Assembly: GCA_902603555.1 (NCBI GenBank)
Contig: CACKVD010000004.1
Coordinates: 5,622-69,621 of the forward strand
Length of the DNA stretch: 64,000 nucleotides
Direction of reading: 5' to 3'
From: an uncultured Pelagibacteraceae bacterium
GTDB taxonomy: Bacteria > Pseudomonadota > Alphaproteobacteria > Pelagibacterales > Pelagibacteraceae
In this document: piece by piece, positions 18,664 through 28,481 of the stretch
Layout of the letters: every line of letters starts with the position of its first letter
Position numbering within the stretch: the first letter of the stretch is position 1
The notes under the pieces: model-generated
The model's database searches: none
Seen by the model: only the letters and a program-made list of their open reading frames with translations
What the model was told of the DNA's origin: nothing
Made by a program: the position numbers and the translations under genes

Positions 18664-19719
18664 ATGAATTTTTATAAAATTTATCAAAATAAAAAAGTCT
18701 TGGTAACTGGAGCCACAGGATTTAAGGGTGCATGGCTTTGTTTATGGTTACATATTCTTGGAGCTAGAGTTTATGCTGTCGGTTATTCACCTAATAAAAA
18801 CAAGAATCTTTTTTACTCATTAAATCTTCATAAGAAAATTAAAATAAATATTTTAGATATTAGAGATAAGAAAAAATTGTCATCATATATTATTAAAAAC
18901 AAACCTCAGTTTATTTTTCATCTTGCTGCTCAACCTTTAATTTTAGATGGTTACAAGGAGCCGTATAAAACCTATGCAATAAATACTTTGGGAACACTAA
19001 ATATTCTTGAAATTTCTAGAAAATCAAAATTTGTTAGATCATTAATTTGTGTAACTTCTGATAAATGCTATGAAAGCAATTTTTCAACAAAAGGATTTAA
19101 GGAAACGGATCGATTAGGAGGTGTTGATCCTTACAGTGGTTCTAAGGCTGCTGCGGAAATAATAATTAAAACTTATATAGAGAGTTATCAAAAAAAACAA
19201 AATTTAATTGGTATAGCAAGTGCTAGAGCTGGAAATGTGATGGGTGGAGGAGATCAATCGCCAAATAGATTAATACCTGATATAGTTAATTCATTACAAA
19301 GTAAAAAAAAAATAATTTTAAGAAATCCAAATTTTAATAGGCCCTGGCAGCATGTGATAGATCCTTTAAATGGTTATTTAATGCTTGGAGCTTATCTTTA
19401 TAAAAATCCAAAGAAATTTTCAGGTGCATGGAATTTTGGCACAGAAAAAAATACTGTTACATCTGTATTAACGATTGTTAAATATGCAATAAAAAATTGG
19501 GGATATGGTCAACTAAAAATTAAAAAACAAAAAAAATTTTATGAACAAACTAACCTTCAGCTTAATATTGAGAAAAGTAAAAAAATTTTGAAATGGAAGC
19601 CGAAATATAAAATCAGTGAAAGTGTTAAATTAACTATTGAATGGTATAAAAATGTTTTTAATAATAAAATTTCTCCAGAGGATATTACAAAGAAACAAAT
19701 TTTAGATTATATGAAATAA
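18664..19719 (+). CDS. rfbG: CDP-glucose 4,6-dehydratase
   Basis: VTGATGFKGAWL, FHLAAQPL, TSDKCY, DPYSGSK, RAGNVMGGGD, RPWQHV. Confidence 0.93.
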   Translation: MNFYKIYQNKKVLVTGATGFKGAWLCLWLHILGARVYAVGYSPNKNKNLFYSLNLHKKIKINILDIRDKKKLSSYIIKNKPQFIFHLAAQPLILDGYKEPYKTYAINTLGTLNILEISRKSKFVRSLICVTSDKCYESNFSTKGFKETDRLGGVDPYSGSKAAAEIIIKTYIESYQKKQNLIGIASARAGNVMGGGDQSPNRLIPDIVNSLQSKKKIILRNPNFNRPWQHVIDPLNGYLMLGAYLYKNPKKFSGAWNFGTEKNTVTSVLTIVKYAIKNWGYGQLKIKKQKKFYEQTNLQLNIEKSKKILKWKPKYKISESVKLTIEWYKNVFNNKISPEDITKKQILDYMK

Positions 19720-19723
19720 AATT

Positions 19724-20095
19724 ATGAGTAAAAGCTTCTTTAAAACAGAAAAAATAAAAATTATAAAAAATTCAAAAGGAAATTTATACAAAATGTTATC
19801 AAAAAAGCATAATTTTTTTAAAAAATTTGGAGAAATATATTTTTCTGAAGTTCATCCAAAAAAATTTAAAGGTTGGAAATACCATGAAAAGAGAACTCAA
19901 ATAATTACTGTAGTAAATGGGAAAGTAAGATTTTTTCTTAAAAAAAAAATAACTAATAAACCGAAAGTTGTTGATATTGGATTTCCAAATAAGATGAAAA
20001 TACTTAAAATAGAGCCAAAAACATATTATTCATTTAAATGTAGTTCAAAAAAAAAAAGTGTCATAATCAATTTGATAGATGAAATTGTAGAATGA
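19724..20095 (+). CDS. NDP-4-keto-6-deoxyhexose 3,5-epimerase-like cupin (RmlC-like)
   Basis: FGEIYFSEV...KGWKYH, V.G.V cupin motif; between rfbG and rfbF. Confidence 0.75.
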   Translation: MSKSFFKTEKIKIIKNSKGNLYKMLSKKHNFFKKFGEIYFSEVHPKKFKGWKYHEKRTQIITVVNGKVRFFLKKKITNKPKVVDIGFPNKMKILKIEPKTYYSFKCSSKKKSVIINLIDEIVE

Positions 20096-20769
20096 AACTT
20101 GTTATTTTAGCTGGAGGAAAAGGTACAAGATTATCTGAATATACAAAAACTATACCCAAACCAATGGTCTCTATAAAAGGAAAGCCATTAATTTTATATA
20201 TAATCAATCATTATTATAAATTTGGAGTGAGAGAAGTAATTATAGCGACAGGATACAAACATAAAATAATAAAAGAATATTTTAAGAAAAAAATCATCAA
20301 AAAACTTAAAATTAAAGTTGTAAATACTGGTTTAAATACATTAACTGGATTACGTCTAAAAAAATTAAAAAAATATTTTAATAAAAATGAAATTTTTTAT
20401 CTTACTTACGGTGATGGAGTAAGTGATATAAATATAAAAAAACTTTTAAAGTTCCATAAAAAAAATAAAAAAATTGCTACTTTGACAGCAGTTCATCCAC
20501 CAGCAAGATTTGGAGAGTTAAAACTGAAAAAAAACAAATTAGTTGAGTTTAATGAGAAACCCCAATTAACAGATGGCTGGATAAATGGAGGATTTTTTGT
20601 ATTTAACGAAAAAATTTTTAAATATCTGACAAACAAAAATTCTATGCTTGAAAGAGAATTTATTCAAAGACTTATTAGAAAAAAAAATATAGCGGCATAC
20701 AAACATGAGAGTTTTTGGATGTGTATGGACACATCAAGAGATAAACAAGTTTTAGAAAAAATTTTGTAA
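20092..20769 (+). CDS. rfbF: Glucose-1-phosphate cytidylyltransferase
   Basis: VILAGGKGTRLSE.T..IPKPMV, VNTG..TLTG.RL, LTYGDG, WINGGFF, FW.CMDT.RD. Confidence 0.9.
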   Translation: MKLVILAGGKGTRLSEYTKTIPKPMVSIKGKPLILYIINHYYKFGVREVIIATGYKHKIIKEYFKKKIIKKLKIKVVNTGLNTLTGLRLKKLKKYFNKNEIFYLTYGDGVSDINIKKLLKFHKKNKKIATLTAVHPPARFGELKLKKNKLVEFNEKPQLTDGWINGGFFVFNEKIFKYLTNKNSMLEREFIQRLIRKKNIAAYKHESFWMCMDTSRDKQVLEKIL

Positions 20770-20786
20770 TTAAGATTAATTAGTAA

Positions 20787-21698
20787 ATGAAAAATAATTT
20801 GGTGAGTGTAATAATTAATTGTTATAACTCTGAACAATATATTAAAGAGACTATTCAAAGTGTTATTTCTCAAACATATAAAAACTGGGAATTAATTTTT
20901 TATGATAATCAATCAACTGATGATAGTTATATTATTTATAAAAGTTTTAAAGATAAAAGATTAAAATATTATAAGTCAAAAAAATTTGAACAATTAGGAC
21001 CAGCAAGAAAAAATGCACTTCAAAAAGCAAAAGGTGATTTTGTAGCATTCCTTGATTCAGATGATTTATGGGAAAAAAATAAATTAAAAATTCAACTAAA
21101 GTACTTTAATACAAAAGAGATCGGTTTTACTATATCTAATTCAATCTTTTTTAAAGGAAAAAAAAATAAACTTTTATATCCATTAAATAAAAAATTTAAA
21201 AAAAAAGTTTTTTATGATTTAATAAAAAATTATTTTGTAAGTTTTGATACAGTTATAATTAGATCATCTTTTTTAAAAAAATTAAATCACACTTTAGATA
21301 AAAGATTTAATATTATACATGATATGGATTTATTGATCAGGTTGAGTAAAATATGCGATATGAATTATGTTCCATTTGCTTTATCAAAATGGAGAATGAG
21401 AGAAAATAGCCTTAGTTTCAACAATTTTTATAATATTATTAAAGAAAAAAAAATATTTATTAAAAAAATTAGTAAAAATTTGAAAAAAGATTTAAATTTT
21501 AATAAAAGTAGACAAATATTTGAAGATACACTTTGTCGTCAAGAAATTTTGTATTTAATTTCAAAGAAAAAGATAATTAAAAATCTAAAATTAATAAAAA
21601 AACTTAATTTTAATTTTAAGAATATAATTTTAGTAATTATTATTTTTCTTCCTTTCAAGAAATATATTTTTAATAATTTTTTTAATTTAAGATATTAA
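20787..21698 (+). CDS. GT2 glycosyltransferase
   Basis: VSVIINCYN, QTY.NWELI, DNQSTD, AFLDSDDLW. Confidence 0.92.
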   Translation: MKNNLVSVIINCYNSEQYIKETIQSVISQTYKNWELIFYDNQSTDDSYIIYKSFKDKRLKYYKSKKFEQLGPARKNALQKAKGDFVAFLDSDDLWEKNKLKIQLKYFNTKEIGFTISNSIFFKGKKNKLLYPLNKKFKKKVFYDLIKNYFVSFDTVIIRSSFLKKLNHTLDKRFNIIHDMDLLIRLSKICDMNYVPFALSKWRMRENSLSFNNFYNIIKEKKIFIKKISKNLKKDLNFNKSRQIFEDTLCRQEILYLISKKKIIKNLKLIKKLNFNFKNIILVIIIFLPFKKYIFNNFFNLRY

Positions 21699-21701
21699 TA
21701 A

Positions 21702-22691
21702 ATGAACTTTTTATTTTCACATGGCAGAACTGCTTTTAAATACGGGCTCATACATTTGGGTTTAAAGAAAAATGATAAAATAATGTTACCTGAATATATT
21801 TGTGATATTTTGTTAGACCCATTGAAAGATTTAGGTATCCGCCCAATATTTTATGAGGTTAATGATGATTTTACTGTAAATTGGAAAAGTTTGAAAAAGA
21901 AGTATAATAAATCTGTTAAAGCATTAGTTGTTATAAATTATTTTGGTTTTGAAGAAGAAAAAAAAAAGTTTAGTATTTTTTGCAAAAAAAAAGGAATGTT
22001 TTTAATTGAGGATAATTGTCATTCACTTGAGAGAAATAACAAAAAAATTAACAATTATTCAGATATTATCTTTTCCTCAATTCACAAGGTAATAAAAAAA
22101 ACTTATTCTGGTGGTTTATTAACTATAAATAAAAATAAAAAAAATATTTATTTGCCACTTTTAAAGCTTCAAAAATATAATATTAGTTTTAAAAAAACTA
22201 TTAATAATTTTTTAGAAAATAATTTTTTGATATTTAAAAGGTTTCTTAAATACAAATTTTTAAGAATGCCGAGTTTTTCTAGATTAAATTCAATTAAAAA
22301 TGAAAAAATAGTCGAAGATTTTTTAATTGACGAATTTTCTAAATCAATTTTTGAAAAAAAAAAATTTAAAAAAATCTGTGAAGAAAGAAATCAAAATTAT
22401 ATGGCCTGGAAAAAATTATGCATTAAAAATAAATCAATTGAAATATTTAAAAGAAATATAAAAAAAAATAACATTCCATGGGTATTTCCTGTATATATTA
22501 ACGATCCGCAGCTTAGAAAAAAAATATTTAAATTTGGTTGGAAATATGGATATTCTATAATATCATGGCCCAGTTTACCCAATAGTTTAATAAACAATCG
22601 AAATAAAAAAAAATGGAATAAGCTTATTTGTTTTAATACAGATAGAGCGCCGAATAATAAAAGTATACTATTTGATAATTTGAATTTTTAA
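21702..22691 (+). CDS. Divergent DegT/DnrJ-like PLP-dependent aminotransferase
   Basis: GRTAF, LPEYIC, INYFGF, LIEDNCHS, FSSIHK...GG. Confidence 0.65.
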   Translation: MNFLFSHGRTAFKYGLIHLGLKKNDKIMLPEYICDILLDPLKDLGIRPIFYEVNDDFTVNWKSLKKKYNKSVKALVVINYFGFEEEKKKFSIFCKKKGMFLIEDNCHSLERNNKKINNYSDIIFSSIHKVIKKTYSGGLLTINKNKKNIYLPLLKLQKYNISFKKTINNFLENNFLIFKRFLKYKFLRMPSFSRLNSIKNEKIVEDFLIDEFSKSIFEKKKFKKICEERNQNYMAWKKLCIKNKSIEIFKRNIKKNNIPWVFPVYINDPQLRKKIFKFGWKYGYSIISWPSLPNSLINNRNKKKWNKLICFNTDRAPNNKSILFDNLNF

Positions 22692-22696
22692 AAATA

Positions 22697-23746
22697 ATGT
22701 ATAATTTTGAAATTAAAATTTTCAACTCATTTTCAGAAGAATTAAAAGATTGTTGGTTAAAATTTGAAAATAAATCTTCTCAACATATTTTTCAATCATA
22801 TGAATGGCAAAAATTATGGTACGAAAAACAACAAGAGTGTAAACAACCTATAATTAATTACACTATTCTTATTTATGAAAACAATGAGTTAATAATGATA
22901 TTACCTTTTAATATAAGAAGTTGTTATTCAATAAAAATTTTATCTTGGTCAGGATTCCCTTTTTCTGATTATAATGTTCCTTTAATACTAGACGATAAAA
23001 CAGTTAAAATTGAAGATTTTAATATAATTTGGAAGCAAATTTTAAAGATAAAAAAATTTGATTGTATAGTTTTTGAAAACCAACCAGAAAATATTTTAGC
23101 TAAAAAAAATCCTTTTTTTCATTTTTTAGATAATAAAATTGATAATAAATATTTTGGAATAAAACTTAATAAAAAATTTGAAATAAAAAAAAATGAGTTA
23201 GACAATATTAAATATCAAAAAAATAGACTTGAAAAATTAGGTAAACTAGATTTCAAAATTGCTCAAAATTTTGATGATAAAAAAAAAGTAATTAACTTTA
23301 TAATCAAACATAAAATCAAACAATATGTTAGCACAAAAGCTTGGAATTTATTTAAATACGAATTTAATGAAAATTTTTTTATAACTTCAAATTTAGCTAT
23401 GGAAGAAAAAGCATACATTTCATATATAACAATAAATGATGAAATAATAGCTGCTCACTCAGGATATATTTATAAAAATACATGCTACTATTTATTTCCT
23501 GTCTATAAAGAGGAATATAAAAAATATTCTCCTGGAAAAATTTTATTGAAAAAAATTATTGACGACTCAAAATCGAAATCATTACAATATTTCGATCTGA
23601 CGATTGGGTCGGAGAATTACAAAAAAAATTATTCAAATAATGAGTTGTGTTCTGGAATATTTCTTCAATCAGTAAGTTTAAAAGGATATTTTTATATTCT
23701 TCATAAAAAATTAAAAGTAACATTAAAAAAGATATTGAAAGGATAA
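22697..23746 (+). CDS. GNAT acyltransferase (CelD/BcsL-like)
   Basis: FQSYEW, SDYN, KYSPGKILL, FDLTIG.E.YK. Confidence 0.8.
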   Translation: MYNFEIKIFNSFSEELKDCWLKFENKSSQHIFQSYEWQKLWYEKQQECKQPIINYTILIYENNELIMILPFNIRSCYSIKILSWSGFPFSDYNVPLILDDKTVKIEDFNIIWKQILKIKKFDCIVFENQPENILAKKNPFFHFLDNKIDNKYFGIKLNKKFEIKKNELDNIKYQKNRLEKLGKLDFKIAQNFDDKKKVINFIIKHKIKQYVSTKAWNLFKYEFNENFFITSNLAMEEKAYISYITINDEIIAAHSGYIYKNTCYYLFPVYKEEYKKYSPGKILLKKIIDDSKSKSLQYFDLTIGSENYKKNYSNNELCSGIFLQSVSLKGYFYILHKKLKVTLKKILKG

Positions 23747-23754
23747 AATTTAAA

Positions 23755-24624
23755 ATGGTAAGCTTTGATCATAAATCGATAAGATTATTTGAAAAAATAA
23801 TTTTGGTTTTCTTAAATATCTTTAATTTTTTCAGAAACAAAAATAATTTAAGAATACTTGTTTATCACCACGTTGAAAAAAAAGATTTTAAAAAACTTTA
23901 CAATCAATTAAAAAGTTTGAAAAAAAAATGGAATTTCATTACTCCAAAAGAATTTGAAAATCATTTAAATAAAAAGAATATTTTAAAAGGTCGTAATTTG
24001 TTAGTCACATTTGATGATGGTTTTAAATCAAATTTTTTTGTAGAAAAAAATATTTTGAATAGATTACATATTAAAGCAATTTTTTTTGTTCCAAGCGATT
24101 TTATTAAATTAAAATCTCGTCAAAAATCCCAGAAGTTTATTAATGATAATATATTAGATCATTTAAAGCCTAAAGATTTCAAGAAATTAAAAAATATGTC
24201 TGTGCACGATCTTAAGATTCTATTAAGTAAAGGTCATGAGATCGGTTCTCATACCAAAACTCACGCAAATTTAGGTTTTATGAGAAGTGTCTCAAGCTTA
24301 AAAAAAGAAATTATTGAAAGTTCAAAAACGTTAGGAAAATTATTACAAACAGATATTAAGCATTTTGCATTTAGTTATGGGAATTATGAAAGTATGAATT
24401 ATAAGTCATTGAAAATCGCCTTTAAAAAATATGATTTTATATATTCATGTCTCAGAGGTAATAACTTTTATAACTATAAAGACTCTCTCATTAAGAGGGA
24501 TACAGTTTATCTTGATAGTAGTGATGATCTTCTCAAAATTTTTCTATCTGGTTTTATTGATTTGAAATATTTATTTCAGATAAAAAAAATGAATAATAAA
24601 ATTACAGAAATGAGAAAAAAATGA
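23755..24624 (+). CDS. Polysaccharide deacetylase (NodB/CE4)
   Basis: ILVYH, VTFDDG, EIGSHTKTH, FAFSYG. Confidence 0.88.
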   Translation: MVSFDHKSIRLFEKIILVFLNIFNFFRNKNNLRILVYHHVEKKDFKKLYNQLKSLKKKWNFITPKEFENHLNKKNILKGRNLLVTFDDGFKSNFFVEKNILNRLHIKAIFFVPSDFIKLKSRQKSQKFINDNILDHLKPKDFKKLKNMSVHDLKILLSKGHEIGSHTKTHANLGFMRSVSSLKKEIIESSKTLGKLLQTDIKHFAFSYGNYESMNYKSLKIAFKKYDFIYSCLRGNNFYNYKDSLIKRDTVYLDSSDDLLKIFLSGFIDLKYLFQIKKMNNKITEMRKK

Positions 24625-24681
24625 AAAATAGAATTTTAAAATTAGAAAAGAATTTTAAAAAATTAAAGTTTTAATAGATAT

Positions 24682-25809
24682 ATGGTAGTAGCTATTGACA
24701 TGATTGGTACCAATTTAGGAAGTGGTACAAAAACGTACAACCTAAATTTTTGTGAAAGTTTAAATCAAACAAAGATAGAAAATAAAATATATGTTTTTGT
24801 TACCAGAGAATATTTCGAAAATATTTCTCATAACAAAAATACAAAAATAAAATATATAATTAAATCAAATTTCTTAAAAAATGTACTTTTAAGAATTTTA
24901 TGGATGCAATTTTTTTTGCCATTTGAACTCAAATATTTAAAGGTTCAACATTTATTTTCTCCGATGAATATAGGGCCAATTGTTTTAAAATTATTTAATA
25001 TTAAATTCACTCTTGCATTACACTCAAATTTGCCCTGGATTTATTTTTCAAAAATGCCAGGAAATTATTTTAAAAATCTTTTAACAAAACTTTTAATGGA
25101 AATTTCTGTTCGAATTTGTGACAGACTAATTGTTAATTCTGAGTTTGCAAAAAATGAAATTGTTAAATTATTAAGCATTGATGAAAAAAAAGTTTTTACT
25201 ATTTACTTAGGGATAGATAAAAAATTTTTAGATGAAAAAGAAAATGAACTTTATCTAAAAAATTTTGAATATAAAGATTATATAATTTCTGTATTATCCT
25301 GTGTAAGATATCACAATATAATTAACTTATTAAAAGGATTTAAATTACTTCAAAAAGAAAATAGAATTGATCTTAAGTTTATTTTTGTTTTGCAGATTTT
25401 AGATAAAAAATATTTTGATGAGATAAATAGATTTATTACAAAAAATTTTCAAAAAGATGAAATTATATTTTTACACAATTTAGATAATAGTTTTTTAATA
25501 AATCTTTATAAAAATGCAAAATTTTATATTTTTTCGTCGTATTGTGAAGTTTTTGGTCTAACGTCTTTGGAGGCCATGTCACAAGGATGTCCTGTAATTA
25601 TTTCAAATAAATCAGCATTGACTGAAATAAATTCAGATGCTGTAGAATATTTTGATCCAGATAACGAAAATGAGATTAAAAATAGTATGTATAAAGTTTT
25701 ATTTGATGAAAATTATAGAAATAAAATAATTGAAAAAAGTCAAAATCATTATAAAAAATTTAGTTGGAAAAAAACAGTCTTTGAAACTTTAAGAGTCCTT
25801 GATTATTAG
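24682..25809 (+). CDS. GT4 glycosyltransferase
   Basis: IVNSEF.K.E, EVFGLTSLEAMSQGCPVIIS, YFDP, FSW. Confidence 0.88.
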   Translation: MVVAIDMIGTNLGSGTKTYNLNFCESLNQTKIENKIYVFVTREYFENISHNKNTKIKYIIKSNFLKNVLLRILWMQFFLPFELKYLKVQHLFSPMNIGPIVLKLFNIKFTLALHSNLPWIYFSKMPGNYFKNLLTKLLMEISVRICDRLIVNSEFAKNEIVKLLSIDEKKVFTIYLGIDKKFLDEKENELYLKNFEYKDYIISVLSCVRYHNIINLLKGFKLLQKENRIDLKFIFVLQILDKKYFDEINRFITKNFQKDEIIFLHNLDNSFLINLYKNAKFYIFSSYCEVFGLTSLEAMSQGCPVIISNKSALTEINSDAVEYFDPDNENEIKNSMYKVLFDENYRNKIIEKSQNHYKKFSWKKTVFETLRVLDY

Positions 25810-27525
25810 TTTTTTTACTAAAAAATTATTTATAAAGATTGCATCCATATCTGTTCTCAGAATACAATCTAAAGCTTCCTCTGGTTTAAAAACAATAGGT
25901 TCATTTTCATTAAATGATGTGTTTAAAAGAATTGGAACATTGGTTAATTTATAAAAATAATTTAAAAGTTTTGAGTATCTTAAATTATAATCTTTATTAA
26001 CCGATTGTAATCTAGCTGTATTGTCAAAGTGTGTAACAGCAGGAATAATTTTACGCTTTTCTATTTTGACGTTAGCCAAAGATGACATGTATGGATTAAA
26101 AAAATCTCCTTCAAACCACTCTGATTGAAATTCTTCTAAGACAGACGGTGCAAATGGCCTGAAGGATTCTCTTCGTTTAATCTTTTTGTTTATAATATCT
26201 TTCATATTGGGATTTCTTGGATCGGCTAATATAGATCTATTGCCTAAAGCACGTGGACCAAATTCCATTTTATTTTGAAACCATCCAATAACTTTTCCTT
26301 CTGATATATATTTTGAGGCTGTTCGAAACAATTCATCATCTGATTTAAAATAATCATAAGTAAGCTTTTTCTTATAATGATCCTTTTCTAAAATCTTTTC
26401 TATTTGAGTATCATCAAATTTTTTGCCTAAATAAGGGGATTTTATGTTGGTAAGCTCTAAATTATAATTTGCTGCAACTACAAAGGCAGCACCTAGGGCG
26501 CCACCATTATCCCCTGGAGCACAATTAATAAAAATTTTTTCAAAAAAATTTTTATTGTTAGTTAGTAATTTATTGGCACTTGAATTTAAAGCACAACCAC
26601 CGGAATAAACAATATTTTTTGAATAATTTTTATTTTTGATAATTTTAATAATTTTTTCAAAAAAGAATTCATAAATTTTCTGAACAGAACATGCAAAATT
26701 TTTGTGAAAATTTTCCTCTTTAATTTCCTTTGAAAAAAGAACTTTAAGTTTTGAACTAAAAATTTGATCAATTAAGAGATTTTCATCAGCTATATATCTA
26801 AAATTTTTTTTATGATGATTAAAAAATTCAAGATTTAGGCTACATAATTTTTTATCACTTCTAAACAGGTTTTTTAAAATTTTTTCAAAATATATAGGTG
26901 TTCCATAAGCAGCTAAACCCATAATTTTGTATTCATCTCCATAATTTTTATAACCCAAAAACTGTGTCATAGCGTGATAGAAAATACCCAAAGAATTAGG
27001 AAAGTAATTTTTTTTTTCAATAACAATTTTATTGTTTTCACATTTTGCATAAGCTAAAGAGACAAAATCTCCAGAACCATCAATGGATAAACCATTAGTT
27101 TTGTAAAATTTTGAGGGGTAATACGCAGATGCTATATGAGCTAAATGATGTTCGATATAATGAAATTTTACATTTTGTTTCAAATTTAATTTTTTAATAA
27201 AGATTTTGTGGATATTCTTCTTTTTAATAAATCTTTTTTTAGCAAAATTCTCTTTAAATGATAAATTTTTTAAAAAGTGTATCCCTTTTGGAATAAGGTT
27301 ACTAAAAGGTTTTGTGTTAAAAGCTATATCAGTTATTTCTTCCTCTTTTACATTTCCAATCGAAAGACACTCTTTAATGGATTCTGAGGGAAATCCAGCA
27401 TAATGTTTTACTCTATTTAATCTTTCCTCTTCAATAGCTGCAACCAATTTTCCGTCAATAATTAGACATGCAGAAGAATCTGCGTGAAAAGTATTGACGC
27501 CAAGTATTATTTTAGTTTTTGTCAT
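25789..27525 (-). CDS. O-carbamoyltransferase (NodU/CmcH family)
   Basis: HADSSA, EEERLNRVKH, EHHLAH, DGSGD, EYKIMGLAAYG, GGCALN, EFGPRALGNRSILADP, RESFRPFAP, LLNTSFN. Confidence 0.95.
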   Translation of the reverse strand: MTKTKIILGVNTFHADSSACLIIDGKLVAAIEEERLNRVKHYAGFPSESIKECLSIGNVKEEEITDIAFNTKPFSNLIPKGIHFLKNLSFKENFAKKRFIKKKNIHKIFIKKLNLKQNVKFHYIEHHLAHIASAYYPSKFYKTNGLSIDGSGDFVSLAYAKCENNKIVIEKKNYFPNSLGIFYHAMTQFLGYKNYGDEYKIMGLAAYGTPIYFEKILKNLFRSDKKLCSLNLEFFNHHKKNFRYIADENLLIDQIFSSKLKVLFSKEIKEENFHKNFACSVQKIYEFFFEKIIKIIKNKNYSKNIVYSGGCALNSSANKLLTNNKNFFEKIFINCAPGDNGGALGAAFVVAANYNLELTNIKSPYLGKKFDDTQIEKILEKDHYKKKLTYDYFKSDDELFRTASKYISEGKVIGWFQNKMEFGPRALGNRSILADPRNPNMKDIINKKIKRRESFRPFAPSVLEEFQSEWFEGDFFNPYMSSLANVKIEKRKIIPAVTHFDNTARLQSVNKDYNLRYSKLLNYFYKLTNVPILLNTSFNENEPIVFKPEEALDCILRTDMDAIFINNFLVKKLIIKDS

Positions 27526-27535
27526 AAAATAAAAT

Positions 27536-28426
27536 TTATCTTTTCAACTTTTTGATATTATTTAAGGAATTAAAATCTAATCTTATAAAATCTTTTTTAT
27601 ATAAAGCTAAATTTTCTTTCATATTTTTTTCAATTATTATTTTAACGTGGTTTGATAAACACTCTAAAATAAAAAAACTATAAGGATTTTCACCAGATAT
27701 TATAGTATATTTTGTGAGGGATTGTAGATTTGATACTTTATTGTTAGATACAAAACCACAATTTTTTATTAATGGCATATCCAATTTATCACCCACAATA
27801 TAAATTTTAAATTTCAATTTAGTAAGTTTTCTGATCAAATTATATGGAAAAAAATTTTCTTTATTTCTGTGTTTTCTGTAATAAATTAAAAAATCAATTT
27901 TCTTCTTTTTTTTCAAAGTTTTTTTAATGAAAAAATTTTTAATAACAAAATTAAAATTACTTTTTTTTATTGTTTTTTTAAATAGATATTTCTTGAGTAA
28001 GTCAGTAGAAAATATTAAATTTGATTGTCTAAACTTGAGAAAAAACTCACTAATTTTATAAAATATTGGAAAAATTAATCCACGAATAAAGTAACTAAAT
28101 ATACTAGATTTTGAATAATTTGCACCACCCGTAATTGGTCCCAATAATGTTTTTGGAGGCAAAAAAATGAATATAAAAAAATTCCAAAAAGGTAAATAAT
28201 TCAAATAGCAAACTCTTTCCTTTTTAAGAAATTTTTTCCAACAATAAATAATACCTAAAAAGGTTGAAAAATATTTTTCTTTAATTTTTTTTTTTTGATA
28301 AAAAACTAGATTGAATTCTTTTTTTTTATTTAAATGTTTTGTAAATAATCTTGCAAGTTTTCCTTCTCCAGTACTTTCTGAGTAGTCACATGTCCATACA
28401 AATAGTTTTTTTGGTGAAATTTTCAT
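27536..28426 (-). CDS. Hypothetical protein, possibly divergent glycosyltransferase
   Basis: Long ORF, TGEG.LA and LGPITGG motifs; co-oriented with carbamoyltransferase. Confidence 0.5.
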   Translation of the reverse strand: MKISPKKLFVWTCDYSESTGEGKLARLFTKHLNKKKEFNLVFYQKKKIKEKYFSTFLGIIYCWKKFLKKERVCYLNYLPFWNFFIFIFLPPKTLLGPITGGANYSKSSIFSYFIRGLIFPIFYKISEFFLKFRQSNLIFSTDLLKKYLFKKTIKKSNFNFVIKNFFIKKTLKKKKKIDFLIYYRKHRNKENFFPYNLIRKLTKLKFKIYIVGDKLDMPLIKNCGFVSNNKVSNLQSLTKYTIISGENPYSFFILECLSNHVKIIIEKNMKENLALYKKDFIRLDFNSLNNIKKLKR

Positions 28427-28481
28427 TTATATAATTATTGCATATTAAAACTTTTACTATAATAGTGATATTATTAATTTT

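Noticed and set aside
28438-28463. TTGCAT...TATAAT promoter upstream of gmd
   Set aside because: Spacer is only 14 nt and such hexamers are frequent in this AT-rich DNA; a promoter is likely in this gap but cannot be placed
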